A stretch of DNA of 64,000 bases. Origin: Trichosphaerium sp. ATCC 40318 (lineage: Eukaryota > Protista > Tubulinea). Each line of letters opens with the position of its first letter. The stretch's first letter is position 1. Below are positions 1-13,649 of this stretch, piece after piece. The stretch covers positions 248,001 to 312,000 of the forward strand of contig JALMLS010000578.1 of the NCBI GenBank assembly GCA_038496445.1. Reading direction: 5' to 3'. The notes beneath the pieces were generated by a model, which worked only from the letters and a program-made list of their open reading frames with translations, did no database searches and was not told where the DNA came from. Both the position numbers and the translations under genes were made by a program.

Positions 1-870
1 CGTTTGTTTTCGATCCTACTTTTGGACTTCTTTCGTCTCCTTGTATGTACACGACCTTGTAAAAGAGGCCCTACACTTGTTAGAACGTATGTACGTACAC
101 CTTAAAATACACCACTTACCCTTCCAACCTGATTGCCTTGCCTTCTTTGAAAGCATCTCAAGATTTCTAACAACAGTGTGCAAAAACCTATGACAAACAA
201 AAATTTAGTAATGCCTCATTAACGAGCTTCAAGAATTCTCCATTCTGACCTGTTATTACGTAAGTCCTGACCAAGGAACATGTGATCACCATGAAAATCA
301 AGTTTTGAGCATGCATCTAAGTACAAACTCATATTTTCCTGAATAAACGTAAGACAATAGCGAACTAACGGCAATAAACGATAAAAAGAAAAAAAAACGT
401 GATCTGACGTTTGGCGCCCTCGAAAACAAAAAAAACCCTTAAAAACTGAGTATAAGTACCAAAGCCTTCAAAGGATGCAATTTTTTACCAGGCTGAGCAA
501 CTTTATAGCGCTTAATTGCCTTTGACGGAAATAGAGTATTGAATAACCTAAAAATCGCTTAAATCGTAAGAAATGATATATTTACGCACTTTACAAGCGT
601 TTCACCGCTTTTTAGAGTGTCATAAAAAGATAAAGAACATTTTTCTCCCGTAACATCTTGAATCCAGACTAATATCTTCTCCATGCGTTGCGGGTCTTCA
701 TTTCTTTTCATCTTTGGGACAATAAAGTTAAAACAGACAAAACTACGATTGTTTGCTCATACCTTTTTATAAACCTCAGCATCTAGACCGTATAGCGTCT
801 TTCCTTCTATTCTTAAACCTCCTGTAGCATTTATTGCTTTTTTAGATCCCTTTCTTTTATAAAGGCTCAT
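1..870 (-). CDS. Calponin/transgelin-like CH-domain protein (multi-exon; 3' part runs off the window start)
   Basis: Spliced translation from ATG 870: MSLYKRKG...LYGLDAEVYKK|MKRNEDPQRMEKILVWIQDVTGEKCSLSFYDTLKSGETLVK|LFNTLFPSKAIKRY...HPLKAL|ENMSLYLDAC. This matches the calponin pattern YGLSAEV...W-I...L-K-D/S-G...EN..F/Y...C; GT-AG introns. Confidence 0.75.
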
Positions 871-1354
871 TTTACGGTGTTGCGGTTTCTTGGTTGCAGA
901 AATAACGTCTAATTTAGCGTGTCGGCATAAATAACGTGTTGCTACCAAAATTGGCTAAATCATCGACTTAAGTCATGGCAAAGTTACTTACCGTTGCAAT
1001 TTATACTTACCGAAAATTGCCTTTACCACGACTTGTGTCGTTGGTCTCCGACTCCCACTTTGAAAGCCAAGGAAACTCAACAGTTTGACCAAATTGTTTC
1101 ACAAAACAAAGTTTCAAAATTGATTTGTGTAGTATGCTTTTTGGCAGTAAAAATATCAAGCTAGACGTTGATACTTCAAACTATCTAAGTTGAATTATGA
1201 ATGAGTAGTATGTTGGGAAAGGATCAAGTCTACTAGATAAATATTTATTGTACACAGCGAAACTCAATGACTGATTTTTTGGTTCTTGGGGAGTATTTTT
1301 GAGTAAAAAAAAACCTAATCTAATTGGGTGCTAACAAAGTATCATGCCCGAGGA

Positions 1355-2180
1355 TCATTTCTTATCATTCATGAGAGGTTCAATAGCATCAAATAGAAGC
1401 TTTGTTATAATATCACTATAATTATCAAGTCCAGCTGTATTATGCCTATGTCCAGCAATATTTAAAGTCGATATACTATTTTTCTTTAAAAATTCTTGGA
1501 TTTCTTTTATGTTAGATTCTTCAGCTTCTTTTGATAAGTCATCGATAACTAAACATGGTCTATGTCTAGCACGTTGTTTATATGATTTCTTAGGAATCTT
1601 TTTCCATCTCTTTGTGATGCAGTATCCAATTGTCTTAGCAGTGCCGTTGGAATCGTGAATTTCGAAGGCTTTTGAACAAAAACGGTTTAGAAGCCGTTCA
1701 GGTGAGGTTGATTAATTGTTATGGTACCTATTGTCCCTGTAGAGTCGTCTGCGTTCTTTTTTGTTCGTGCTACGTACGCTGCAGCCATACGAGTTCCAGG
1801 AGCTGTTAAAAAATCAATTGATTAGCGTATAGGCGTTGCTTGTCGTTGAAAATGGTAGATTTGCGTACGTAAGTCCATTGCTTTGATACCAAACTTTGTT
1901 TTAAGCGAAAGATCAGGTCCGTTGGTTGTCATGAATTTAGGAGGTGCCCAGCCGCCTAAAAACGCAATTAGACAGTTTTTTAAGTTATTTAAGAGTTTTT
2001 ATTTTACATCAGCGTCTTAATACCTGTTTTTAATCCCAACAGCAGTCCTGCTTCCAGTCCTGCGCGATCTGCGCCTGTTTGGCCACCAGATATTATTTTT
2101 TCGAGTGTAAATGTACCAGACGGTTTCTTTGGTTCTTTTTTAACGTACACGTACGTATTCATTGTTAGTTGCTTTGACAT
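1355..2180 (-). CDS. YpsA/SLOG-superfamily 'putative molybdenum carrier' protein, 3 introns
   Basis: Spliced translation contains KIISGGQTGADRAGLEAG...GGWAP...YVARTKKNADDSTGT...GTAKT...LNIAGHR, the signature motifs of the bacterial MoCo_carrier/YpsA-SLOG family. Confidence 0.8.
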
Positions 2181-3426
2181 TTCTATGAATATCGTAATGT
2201 AATTTGATTAAAAAGTTGACGACTTTTCAATCGGTTTGTTTTTTTGCTGAATCATTTGCCACGTGTATTGTGATGTAAGCACATGTCACATAGACTACCA
2301 TTAGACAAAAGGGAGCCAACGCGCCTTTGTTGAAGTTGTAGTACACGACACAAATCCACAACAGAGAAGGCATCTACATTGTTTTTGAACGTACAAGAAT
2401 ATCATCTTTCTGTGAGGTGTCATGTGCACAGACTCAATGCCAACACCAATTGGTATATTCAAATAATTAATGCTGGATACGTTTATTTACGACTTGTACT
2501 TCGCAAACGATGAAGAACAAACAACAAGTACCAATTCATTGGGTGTGTTAAATATCCAGTTCAATATTGACATTTTGCGAGAGCTTGGAGTGAAGATAGG
2601 GACCTTACAAAGCATTTGGTAGAACTGGAAAAGATATAACAATATTGAAAGACACAGTACGCAATATAGACACGGCTACATAGCAACCAAGCATCGTAAC
2701 CCTCCACAAAATTTTCTTTTCTGTTCAGCCTTTTCTCTTTTTTTTCATTTGTTGCACTAGTGTTCTTAGTGAAGAATGACTCTACTTTTGTACGCTACAC
2801 TTGACCAAAGACAGGCTCTTTTCCCCTTCCCAGGACATCTTCATCGTATTAGCAATGCTAACCGTACAGTACTTCAATTGGGTGATTCATTTAGAGGTCT
2901 TTATACTTAGCTAGATTCGTTGTAACTACAGGAAAGAAAGAGACTTCAACTTTTCTAAAAGCACTTTTATGGCACTGCTGAGGTCCTTTGAATAAAGCCC
3001 TACGGGGAGTTCTGCAATGATTGCATGGCACCTCCCTTCCACTACTGCTTAAACACCTTTGAAATAAAAATAGGTGACACGACTGAAAACCGTTCACTGA
3101 ACATGACAACTTCTACACAAAATCGACTAGAAAACAATAAACACTTTTCGCTCATTAATCTGATTCACGTAACTATTGCACAAATCTACGAGGGTGTTTC
3201 TTAGTGTGGTACAGTGTATTTGAAAGGCACTTCTTCGGACTTCATTTTCTGAACTAATAGCGCGCTCACGTATTAATACGTTGTTTTATAGTTAGAATAC
3301 ATATGAACAGAGCCGTACACTAAATTGTTGAGTGACACAAAAACGTCCTGTTCTGGAAATAGACTTTGCATGCGAAAATCCACGTCATTTACTGTTATCA
3401 AGCACAAAAGAAAACACGCGTCCACA

Positions 3427-3963
3427 ATGGAGCTTTGTCAACTGTTATCTACTAATATACCACCACATAAATCGCATATATCACATACAGTGTTCTTTCA
3501 AACACAAAGAGAGTGTAATAGAAGCAATAGCTTTGGGTAAAAAGACATTTACTACTTTGTAAAACCCATGTAGCTCTTTAAAACGCCTTATAACCCTTAT
3601 CTTAGTACCGCTAGGCTCAAATCCAACCCGTTGAAGCGTAAGAATAACCCACAAACCTCAGAAAGTGAACAAATCAAAAAGAAAAGGAGAGTGAGAAGGA
3701 TGTTCCCAGAGGATGCAAGAATAGCCTTAGAAGAATTATACGCCAACAATAAATACCCTCCAATGGAAGCAAAAATGAAAATAGCCAAAGAATTTGGTTT
3801 GACTAGAGCACGTGTACGTATCTGGTTTCAAAATAGAAGAGCAAAAAGTAAGAGAGTACAAGTACAGAAAGAGAATCAACGTAAACGTGATGGTATTCAA
3901 AAGTACATGTTCACAACTTTTATTGATAAAATAATAACAGAAGCATCAGATGTGTCAGTATAA
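3427..3963 (+). CDS. Homeobox transcription factor (non-TALE, Q50)
   Basis: KKRRVRRMF...LEELYANNKYP...KIAKEFGLTRARVRIWFQNRRAKSKR. The start at ATG 3427 is inferred via a phase-2 intron from 3537 to 3605 (or 3614). Confidence 0.88.
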
Positions 3964-4913
3964 CGCTGGCTACAAACAACGAAATGCCTTTATCATCTTG
4001 GAGTGTACTACAGCAAGCTAACTTTAATTGGCAGAGTGATAGTCTTGAATTTTTATAAGTACAACAACGGCAGTAAACAAAAAACTACTTGTATTTCTAG
4101 ATGTAATAAAATAATTGTATTTGTATCAACAATGCTACCTTGTGACATATGCCGTGCAATCACCTTTAACCTGAGGCTGTAAAACCTCAGCAGTATCAAG
4201 CACTTATGTTAATATACCTAGGACTGTTTATTTTACACCACTAAAGCAGTTAAAGGAACTCTACCAGAAATAGTATTCTATTACTAGTAAGTTTCTTTAA
4301 CTCCCAGTACATGTTGTTCTAGTAATATCAGAAGATAATAAAACTGTCTATGTACATGCAAAGGGCTTAAAGCAGCTCCATCACAGTTAGCTGTAAGATG
4401 GACGAAAAGAACTAAAAATATCCCAGTCATGTGCGGGAATTATGGGTATTTTAATGTCTTGGCCAAGCAGTATAAGAAACAGTTATCTAGTCTGTACTGA
4501 GTATCTTAGTACGTACTTTTATTGGTTGTTAACTTTGTATGCTGTGGTATTAGTCTGACCTTCAGTAGAAACGCGAAGTGTTATAATACACTAGTTGAAG
4601 CCTTAGACCAACCAGTATTCATTCTGCCTGTATGGAAAAGATTCATCGTTGTGAGTAGCGATGGTAGTGCTCGGTCAAGGTTAAACCAGCTATAAATCAG
4701 TAGCCGGTTAACCGATGGCTAAGAAACTCAGCAACAAAATCTGTAATCGGCTATCCTGTTAAAAATGTAATATTTTGTTGGTGTTGTACCATGGCGCCAC
4801 ATGACTGAGCTATACAGATAATTTGGAGAGCAACAACGGTAACAACATTTTGTAATAATACAATGTGAGTATACTTTGCAAACAAGACGACAATGGGCAT
4901 TCTAAGTAAAATT

Positions 4914-5190
4914 AAAAAAAGAGGTGGTCGCGTAGTGTGCCTCGGATGTACACTGTAACCAAATTGTTGGTTACTGCCACAGAGATGATTTGCTCATCTC
5001 CTGGCTGCACAAGGGGTTTTTCAGAAGAATGGCTTTTCGAAGTATTAACCACCTGACGGTACACCGTACTGGAGTGGCCGCTACTACCGCCGCGTTCTCG
5101 CGCCATTGCGGCGGGAAACACGGGCTGGTCAGCAGCGCCACACCGTTTAGGTGGGTCATTGTAGATTGGTTTAAGGAGCTGTCGATTTTA
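4914..5190 (-). ncRNA. Putative structured ncRNA, copy A (family unassigned)
   Basis: GC-rich island with multiple helices, ending in a T7 run on the minus strand. A C>T difference between copies preserves a helix as a G-U pair only in this orientation. Confidence 0.5.
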
Positions 5191-5560
5191 GATTGCGAAG
5201 TATGAAACGAAGTATTAAAACACTAGCTCCCAACATTAAAACGAAGTATATCAATGACCAATCAGGCAGTTGGGAAGCACGACAACTATGCACCTCGATT
5301 AATAAAGTGAAAGGATTGTGGTTTTATGCATCTGCTGAAGATTGAAAAAAAAAAAAGTGGGATTGATGAAAAATGACTGTAAAGTGGCTGTAGTCATTAA
5401 TAGTTGTTGTGGTACCCAACAGATGAAAACTACCATTTTTCAAACAAGCCACCACATGCGCTGTTTTATGTATGCGGAGTTAGCTGTAGTGTCAGCAGTG
5501 AGTAAAACCCGACAAACACAAAAATAGCTCTTATTGTTGTGTTTTTGCTCAAAATCTCTA
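4914..5560. repeat. Left arm of a ~650-bp inverted repeat (partner ~13650-14321)
   Basis: Reverse complement is near-identical over 4914-5420 and becomes progressively more diverged toward ~5560. The same spurious ORFs appear on opposite strands (4971-5159 vs 14077-14361; 4990-5205 vs 14031-14300). Confidence 0.95.
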
Positions 5561-6169
5561 AAATAGAAGCCGTAGAGTAGTTTCTACGCTTAGAAATGCA
5601 TAAGCACTTGTTTTTAATTGTATACGCTTTAATATGCATAAAATCGTTGAAACCATTTTTAATGTAGCGAAAGTAGTACAATAAGATACAACTATAGCGC
5701 TGTAAGAGCCTTATAACATTTACAGCTTCCTTTACAAAGACCAAGAGCAGCAAAAGTTCACATTAAATCAAAGTGCCGATAGTACATTAACTAGGCTGCC
5801 AACAGTATCCAAGTTCTTCATGACAGTACATCCCACTACAATGTGAAGGATCATGCATGTACAAGCGCCGTAAGTTGCCGTAGTGACTTGTTCCAATGTC
5901 GGCTATATAATTTTATCAAACAACTTAATTACAAGCAGCCCAGCAATGTTCTGTTGTTTTCAGTGCATCGTTGCAATTAGTGTATCATTTAAATCAACTT
6001 CGCTTTCAAAAGATCATCAAACTCAACAGGCTTAAAAGAATATGAGATACTATGGCTTGTTTTGTGGTGTTTAAAGGCGTACACAGTCATATTTTTAACG
6101 TACACGTTAGTAAAGATTTCTGTGGTGAAGGAGAACAGAATGTCACATTTTGATTTTGTTCCTGTACAG

Positions 6170-6889
6170 GAACTCAAATGCTAGTCAATTAAAATCAATT
6201 ATTCCAAACTCCACACGCCCACACATGCAGCAAACGGATCAATTTTTTGAAGAGACAAACGTACTGAACTTTAGCCACACAAGAGACGCTGTAGCATGTG
6301 GTGATCAACAATTAAAAGGGTTTGAACAAGCCAAAAGATATTACCACATACGAACACCGCTTACTCTAGGTATTCTCTCCTAAAATACGGTAAAAAGATC
6401 ATAGCTAACATAATAAAAGGTTGTTGTGTGATGTATAGATTCCATCTAACGGGATACGCATACGGCGCTGGACACGTGCGTTGAAAAGGTTTTTTACAAA
6501 AATTCGACCAAATTTTTGTTTATTCGAGTTTCTGTTAGAACATGGACTCCGTATGGTGCGGTTATTTGTACTCTGGGCATACTACGGATAAACAAATATG
6601 GAAAAATCACGAACAAGATTTATCACCAATTACAGGTACGTTCTAGCCACCAAACTAGAAGACATTTCCTAAACAAAAAACTGGAAAAAAGCTAAATTTG
6701 CTTTTTCAAGGCGTTACTGTATCCCAGTATGTGGGTAGTGATAAGCACTTGTATTTGAAGTATGGGCCAGTGAATAGATATTGCAATGCGTTCTCTTTAA
6801 AGTACCAAGGACACTACAGTAAAGCAACTTTGGGTGGTAACAAGAGCGGTTACTCTGTAAAAGTAACAGTCGAAGATGCCAAATATTAA
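6170..6889 (+). CDS. Hypothetical protein, multi-exon (5' end uncertain)
   Basis: Exons flanked by GT-AG read ...RYYHIRTPL...FHLTGYAYGAGH...MDSVWCGYLY...VSQYVGSDKHLYLKYGPVNRYCNAF...AKY*. Confidence 0.55.
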
Positions 6890-7414
6890 ACAATAGAACA
6901 ATAAATTAACTCAAGAACTCACACTGTGGACCCTTAGACAAGAGCTAGGCAGAATCTTAATCTTTCTGTTTCCTCAATCCAACTAGATTCTACCAAGAGG
7001 CGCTCTTCGCAGGGTAAAACTAGCAAACAATGTTTCTCCATCGCCAACAAAAAAAAACGTGATTTCTGTTGAGTCCAGTTTTTGAGTCCACTCAGCACCC
7101 ACGCTTCATTCTCTTCGTTCATTTTCTTCCAATCAAGTCAAAACAAAAGTTTAAGCCGCCTTTATGGAGTAGCAGATAGTTTGTGGTTGGTGAAACAGCA
7201 ACTGCCGTTACGTAGTAGTGCTTGTTAAGGCTACGTTGTAATCATGGGCCCAATAACAAAGGTTTGAGACGTCGAATTGTTATAATAGGCTAAAAATGTA
7301 TCTAGGGCGCTCTAAGCGCGTTGGTGTGGATGGGTTTGAACGTATTTCTAACATTACTGAACAAGTACTTGTTTTCACTCGAAGTACGATCTATCGCCCA
7401 ATAAAGCTAACATA

Positions 7415-9263
7415 GACTACTAAGCACTTCACGTATCCCATTTTAATCATATTAGTTGGTATGTAACGTTGCATTTAATCCGGTTTTCTAAACAACGCTT
7501 TAGGTACCACCATGACAGCTTTGGGTGCGTTTATAAAGCGATTAAAGCGTTTATAATTATTTAGGTGCATTCCTATGTATATACATTTTCAAAGTACGCC
7601 AAATACCTCCTAACTGCAATAAAAATAACATTCAACTCTAGTTGGAAGATTTTAGCGCCGCTAGAGCTTTAAACCACTCTAAATCCCTCGGACTTATTGC
7701 ATTATTTCATATAGCAGGTACAATAGCAATAACAGCGAACAGTGATTAATTTTGCGTTCGTTTAGGTCTGGTTTTGGAAAACGAAAGCATTGTTTATGTA
7801 CGACTACTCGCGAGTAGACACAACATCTCAAAACAAAAAAACCCGAATGTGACACTTGACATTTAATAGATTTCAATTACGATGAATCAAATCATAAAAA
7901 GTTGCGTACCAGCGCTAGCCCTCGCCATATCGGTAGTATTTGGTATGTTTTTTTTGTAGTATTTTTGTGCAACTACGCGAGTAGATGTATTCATTCTAAT
8001 TACTCTTCCGACACTGTTTTTTTTTTAATTGTTTGTTTTTAGAGGGAAAACACTACCCAAGATCAATCGTAGTATCTGTATTAGTAATAGTATTTGGTTG
8101 TTCTCTATCAGTTTTGAATAATCCAGAATTTAACCTTTTCGGCTTTATTATGGCTTGTCTCAGTACACTAGCTAATGGTACGTATCTTTGGAGTACCCAT
8201 AAAAAGCTAGATAACTTCAGGGGATATTTTATATCCAAACAGTATCGCAGGCAGTAGCTGTTGGCCTGTATAGTTTGACAGCTTTTTTTTTTTCAGTTTG
8301 ATCAATTTCTCTGGGTTTTTTTGGACTGCCTTGCATCCTGTGATGTATATTTATGCTTACTGTATCGTATTGTTTAGCTGGGAGAATTGTTGTTGCTGAC
8401 GTGACGCTGAGTAAGAAAGAATTTGGTAAATTTGGTATTACATTAGTAACATCTGTTTGTGGTATTGTTGCTCTTATACCTACTTTTTATTACTTTGAAA
8501 GTAATGATTGTACGTTCATATATAGTTTATGTTATTATTTTATTGACTTATGACCATTTAGTGGTGACTAAGTACGCTGCTGTTAAGCCTACAAGGGCAG
8601 TTTTTTTTATGGTGCTTTCGGGAACAGTTGCATTCTGTACGTGTTTGTTTGATGTTATTTTCTTTTTCTAATGATTATATTTAGTTTATACAGTATCTCA
8701 GTATTTATTACTACAATATACATCGGCTGTGACATCAGCTGTAATTGGAAACATGTAAGCTCTTTTTGAAATCTGTTGCTTTTTTTGTATTTTTTGAACT
8801 ATTTTTTTTCAGTTAATATCTATCCCCTCTTTCTTTTTTGTTGTGTTTCTCATATTTTTTATACTCTATCACATGATGAAGTATTCAAAATTTTTTGGAA
8901 GGTACCTTGAGGCTTCAAGGGCTGGTAAATTGAGAAACTTTTTTTTTTAAAATTTACCTGCTTTTGTTGTTTTTGCTCATGCTTTTTGCTAGTAAAGTGA
9001 TTGTTCTCATGGTTATCACCGCAATTTTATTTAAAACAGGTTTATACCATTTGAAACCAGTGAACGGTTTAGGCATAGCGCTAAACTTGGGTGGGTTTTT
9101 TGCATATAATTATTTACAGTATAGAATGATAAAACAAAGAAGTCTTCAAGCACAAGCTGTTTCTCAAGTTGATGACAGTGTTGATAAACGTGATGATAAT
9201 ATAATAGAACTTGAAGATATAGATATGTCTATTGTTGATGATCATAAGACAGAAGAAGACTAG
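7415..9263 (+). CDS. Triose-phosphate/nucleotide-sugar transporter family (TPT/SLC35E-like); start approximate
   Basis: Multiple hydrophobic exons: ISITMNQIIKSCVPALALAISVVF|EGKHYPRSIVVSVLVIVFGCSLSV..NPEFNLFGFIMACLSTLAN...LLQYTSAVTSAVIGNM|KVIVLMVITAILF...NGLGIALNLGGFFAYNY. Confidence 0.85.
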
Positions 9264-9515
9264 ATATGCGTTCATCAACGGAGTTTTACGAAAAAAAATG
9301 TACAAAAATAAAAACAACACGTGGAAATACACCACACGCAGTCACGCTCGTAAATTTACTTCAAGAAAAATTAGCATAAATATCGGAAAGAACACTCTAT
9401 AGTTGAGTCCTGGCACACTGTGCTCAAAGATGCAGAAACACCAAAACAACTTTCTCATTTTTTTATGGTAAATGAGTCCACTCAAATAAACCACGTGCCA
9501 TCTTGTGTACAACGA

Positions 9516-12500
9516 ATGCCACCCAAGAAGAAATTGTTACGTATAAAGAAGGGAGTAAGGATAGCACCAAGGAAGAAGAAAAAGGTTGCGAAACAGCAAA
9601 GAGAGGACGACGTTTCGCCCATTCAGCTTCTTTCGCTTGTCAAGAAGGTACAAAACGTGTTAAATAGCGAAAGGAAAGTCATACACGGAGAGGTGCGTGT
9701 TTTTGTTAGATTTTTCGTGGCGGGCTTAACTTTGGGTTTAGAGCGGTATTCAGTTATTTGATGAAGTGACAGAGGTACTGAAAGGGTTTGAACCGAAGCT
9801 TGATACTTGGAAAACTGAAATTGAAGCAGAGGTACCTCAAAACACATTAAATCGTTGATTTAGTTATCAGCAATAATACTCCGACACCTAAAAAGCCGAT
9901 TGGTTTGTTTTCAAGGCGATTACCCTCAACGCTTGTTTAGATCGCCAAAATAGATACCGAGAAGCCATGTGTTATAAATAAGGCGCCTTTAGAGATTATG
10001 GTTAAGATTCTAGAATACCTTCATTTACTAGAGCGAAACGGGCTTGAGCTTGTTTCTAGACAGTTCAAGGATGCTGTTAGTATTATAAGACGTAAAAAGC
10101 TTGACTTTTACAGGTAATATTCAAGAAAACAACAAGCTTTTCAAAAGAAAGATCTCACTTTCGCTTACAGATGCTGGGATATAACTGACGGTATTGTATT
10201 ATCAATGGTTAGACCAGCTAGCGACACTTTAGAGTTCTTGAGGTGCGCGACAAGGACTCCGAGCCGGAACCAAACGTTGTCTTTCTTTCACGTGTTTTTG
10301 CTCTTCTCGTACTGCACTTATACCTTGATTAGTTTGCGTGACTGTTGGTGGATATCTCAAGCAACTGTTATAGAGTGTATTAATATGTGCTCTAAGCTAT
10401 TGCATCTGGATCTTGTAGGATGGGAGTGCTATGGTCCACAAGGTAATGTAGCTTCTCTTTTTCGTGCGATTAAGAAACTCAAATTATTAACACACCTTGG
10501 GTTCGTTACTACTACATATGTCTAGTCTTATTATCTTACTTTATTATCATGTTAATAGTCTACCCATCCGTCATAAAGGTGCTGCTAAAGCTCTAATCAA
10601 GTCGGTAAAGATGCCTTCAGTGATAGATATTGAGTTGCATCAGTGTGCTTTTGTTGTGAATGACTTGCATTCTTGGTTCCCTAACTTGGAGACAATAAAA
10701 TCAACGTATTCTCTAGCTGCGGATAATATTACTAAAGCATATAAGTGCAACTTATTAAAGGTAAGCATGAATATAAACCATAAAGAAGTTGCTAGAATTT
10801 TGGTTGACGAGTGCTTTAAGTCGTATGTTGTTAAGCAACCAGTGAGATCATTGTATTACCAATTCCCTAATGCCAGTGGTACCCCAAAATTGCCTTCTGG
10901 CGATGATGTGAGAGCGTGCAGTTTTGGCAAAAGTTGGTTACCTGTACGTAATTGTTTACCTACTTTTTTCTAAGGCATACAATTTCCTGTTTTTTTCTTA
11001 TTGGTTTTTTACCTTAGATTTTTCATTCTTCATGGTATATGAAGAACTTGACTTGTTTATCTATGGCAATGGGATCCACTAGTAAAATAGATTTGAAGGC
11101 GCTATCTAATAGTTTACCAAACCTTTTAGATCTAACAATTCAAGCAAGTGAGTTACGTGCTTTGTGCTTGACTGTTTTTGCATGTTCATACTTTTCTTTT
11201 TTAACTTTGATGTTTATTTATAGAAATCAGTGACACTAGACGTGTTGCGCCTATTTCAGGAGGTTTATGTTGTCCAAAAGGAACAATATGTAGGACTTAC
11301 TTACTTTCTAGTTAACTAACCATCCACAAAACTAGCTTTGTTTCCTAAATTGGTTCGTTTGAATTTAACATTGAACGCACTTGGTATAACAAACGCATCA
11401 ATGTTCCTCAACAGGCACGGTTTTTTTCAGAAAAAAACCAACTATTGACAGAAGACAAATTCAACACCAAGAGATCACGTGATTGGTACTAATTTAGTGC
11501 ACATAGCTTACCAGATTCAATACGCGACCTAGAACTCATAATGATTGTTCATGAGCAACCTTATGATGAAACAATTGCAGGTAACCATTTTATTGCCTTG
11601 GGTTTCTTTGACTCTTTTATTAATAGAAGCTGATTTAATCGAGCTGTTGATTCGATTGGATTTGAGAACTTTGAAGGTAAGCTTTATTTGCTTTGTTCTG
11701 TTGTATTTGTCCATCTATTTCAGGTTAATCTGGTACTTTAATTGAATGAAGTACTAATATATAGTAGCTTGGTGTCAGGCCGTCAATGGACAGTGTCCTT
11801 ACTATGACATATTGGGGACATGGTGTAGATGTTCCTAAATATACAGCAGTTGTTACAGATGAACTTATTGATAAATTGTGCTCTTCTAGATCAAATAATA
11901 TAACTACTTTGGCATTAAATAACTGTGCACAATTGACAGATACATCCATGGATAAACTTCGCCGTAAGAACAATAGTGCAAATCCTTTTTTTTTTCCTTT
12001 TTTTTTCCCTGTCTTCTTCTTGTCTTTCAATATAATGGAATATAACCGCCATCCACAAAATTAGTTTGCACAGTCTCTTTTCGATGCAAACTTGATACTT
12101 CAATGACGACTGTAAACTTATTTAGCTTTTTTGAAACTTGGTTTTGTTAAGAAGATATTGTTAACACGATTTCTATTATGCTATTCTAAAGTTATGTCTT
12201 ACTTGTGGTTTAGGTAAATTTGCAAAAGGCCTAGAATCGTTATCTTTGATGAACATTGTTAAATGTTCTTCTCAAGGCGTCGCTGATTTTATTGGTGCAA
12301 GCATAAACTTGAAAGAACTCACTCTAAAAAGTCGACTCACTGGTGACTCTGCGGTTGTTGCTCATTCAATTTCAACAATATTAGACTACAACAAGTAAGT
12401 CTAGTCTTACCACTATAAAACTATTTCTCAGAAATTGCTTCATAAACAATACTTGCTGAAGATTTGCAAGTTAAAGCAGACTCTCTTTATAATTTTTCTC

Positions 12501-13183
12501 AAAAAATTCTTAGGCTTTGGTTTCTTCGACTTGGTTTATATGAAGCAATGGATGAAGCTCTTAACATTTTACAAGGTTTGTTGGTCTATGTTATCAGTAC
12601 TATGAATCTAAAATGTTTTTTGTTTAGGGTCCAGTTTGAGACGTGTTATCATTTTTAAACCAACCGAGCTTACTTTTGATGCTCTTCATGGATTTATTAC
12701 TAAATCTCCAAAACTTAGAAGTATACATATACTAACCCAATCATTATGGAGAAGAAAGGAATACTGGGGGTTGATAAAAGGGTAATAACAATGCATTATA
12801 TCTTTTCCTTTGAGACGACTTTTATAGCCTATTTTTGTTTGTATTGTTTTTTCCTCTTTTTGATGTCCACACGCACTTACCTCATTCACTATCATCCAAT
12901 AACAATTAAAAAAAGACCAATTATACAACTGGTCTTATGTATTACACCTTGAGTTTGGTAGTGTGTGATGAGGAGTGTCTTTTTTAATTTTGTCGATAAG
13001 GCCATTTGTCTTGACTTCTTTTTTCATAGAACACTTAAAACATGTAAAAGAGATGGTTTAAGGATATACCTTTATTCGGATAAACGCTGTACCTTGAATC
13101 CACGTCCAATGCTTCTGGGTAGTATACATCCGTCTTATCTTGATCAACCTCTACCTTGTTGTAAAGATTTTGCTTTTAAATAA
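9516..13183 (+). CDS. F-box/leucine-rich-repeat protein, many introns
   Basis: Basic N-terminus (MPPKKKLLR), F-box INKAPLEIMVKILEYLHLLERNGLELVSRQF near 9975-10070, and LRR_CC-type repeats (LSLRDCWWISQ, LALNNCAQLTDTSM). Confidence 0.8.
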
Positions 13184-13649
13184 AATACAATGTTGAAATG
13201 AAAAACCTTCGGTTCAAGTGTCTAGTATCTATGAGAAGATTCTCAAGTATGTAGATGACCAAATTATCTCGTTCAGTCACTTTTCATAACCTAAACATGT
13301 TTTAACGCCTTGTGTTTAGTGTAACAGGTGCCACCATGTATAGCGCTCTCAAGTCAACTCACTCTTCAATCACTGACTAAGTACGTCGTGATATTATATA
13401 TACTAACTAGGTAGTAAAAGTACAAAACAGACGCTTTTACATAAGAAGTAATTTCGAGTCTGATCAATGTTCACCAATAAAAAACTAGAAAACAATTTCT
13501 AGTTAAAAATGGAAAAACTCTTTTTGATTGCTCCTGTAGTTAAGAGACTGCTTGTTCACTCGATGTTGACTAAGCAAGATTCGAAAAGGTTGACAACTAA
13601 TTTTTCTGCGTTTTTAACGCGTAATACTGCCATAGGTATCGATTATAGC

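Noticed and set aside
985-1013. ATACTTACC, resembling the U1 5' end
   Set aside because: Complement of minus-strand GTAAGT donor-like sites; no U1 stem-loops or Sm site.
1345-1370. GGATCATTTCT, resembling U3 box A
   Set aside because: It is the antisense of the SLOG gene's last codons; no boxes B, C or D follow.
2470-2630. Short ORF with SAM-like ILRELGVKIG
   Set aside because: Only ~50 aa with an in-frame stop in the similar region; at most a decayed fragment.
4934-5045. U6-like words on + (ACAGAGATGATTTGC, CTGCACAAGG) and U4-like words on the opposite strand (CTTGTGCAG, GTGGCAGTA, ATCCGAGGC)
   Set aside because: No AGC catalytic triad, the ISL does not form, there is no Sm site and spacing is wrong. 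The ACAGAGA-like word lies in a hairpin whose G-U pairs favour the other strand.
4912-5205. ORFs in the inverted repeat (also 14031-14361)
   Set aside because: Overlapping on both strands, a by-product of high GC, and the copies differ by a frameshifting indel.
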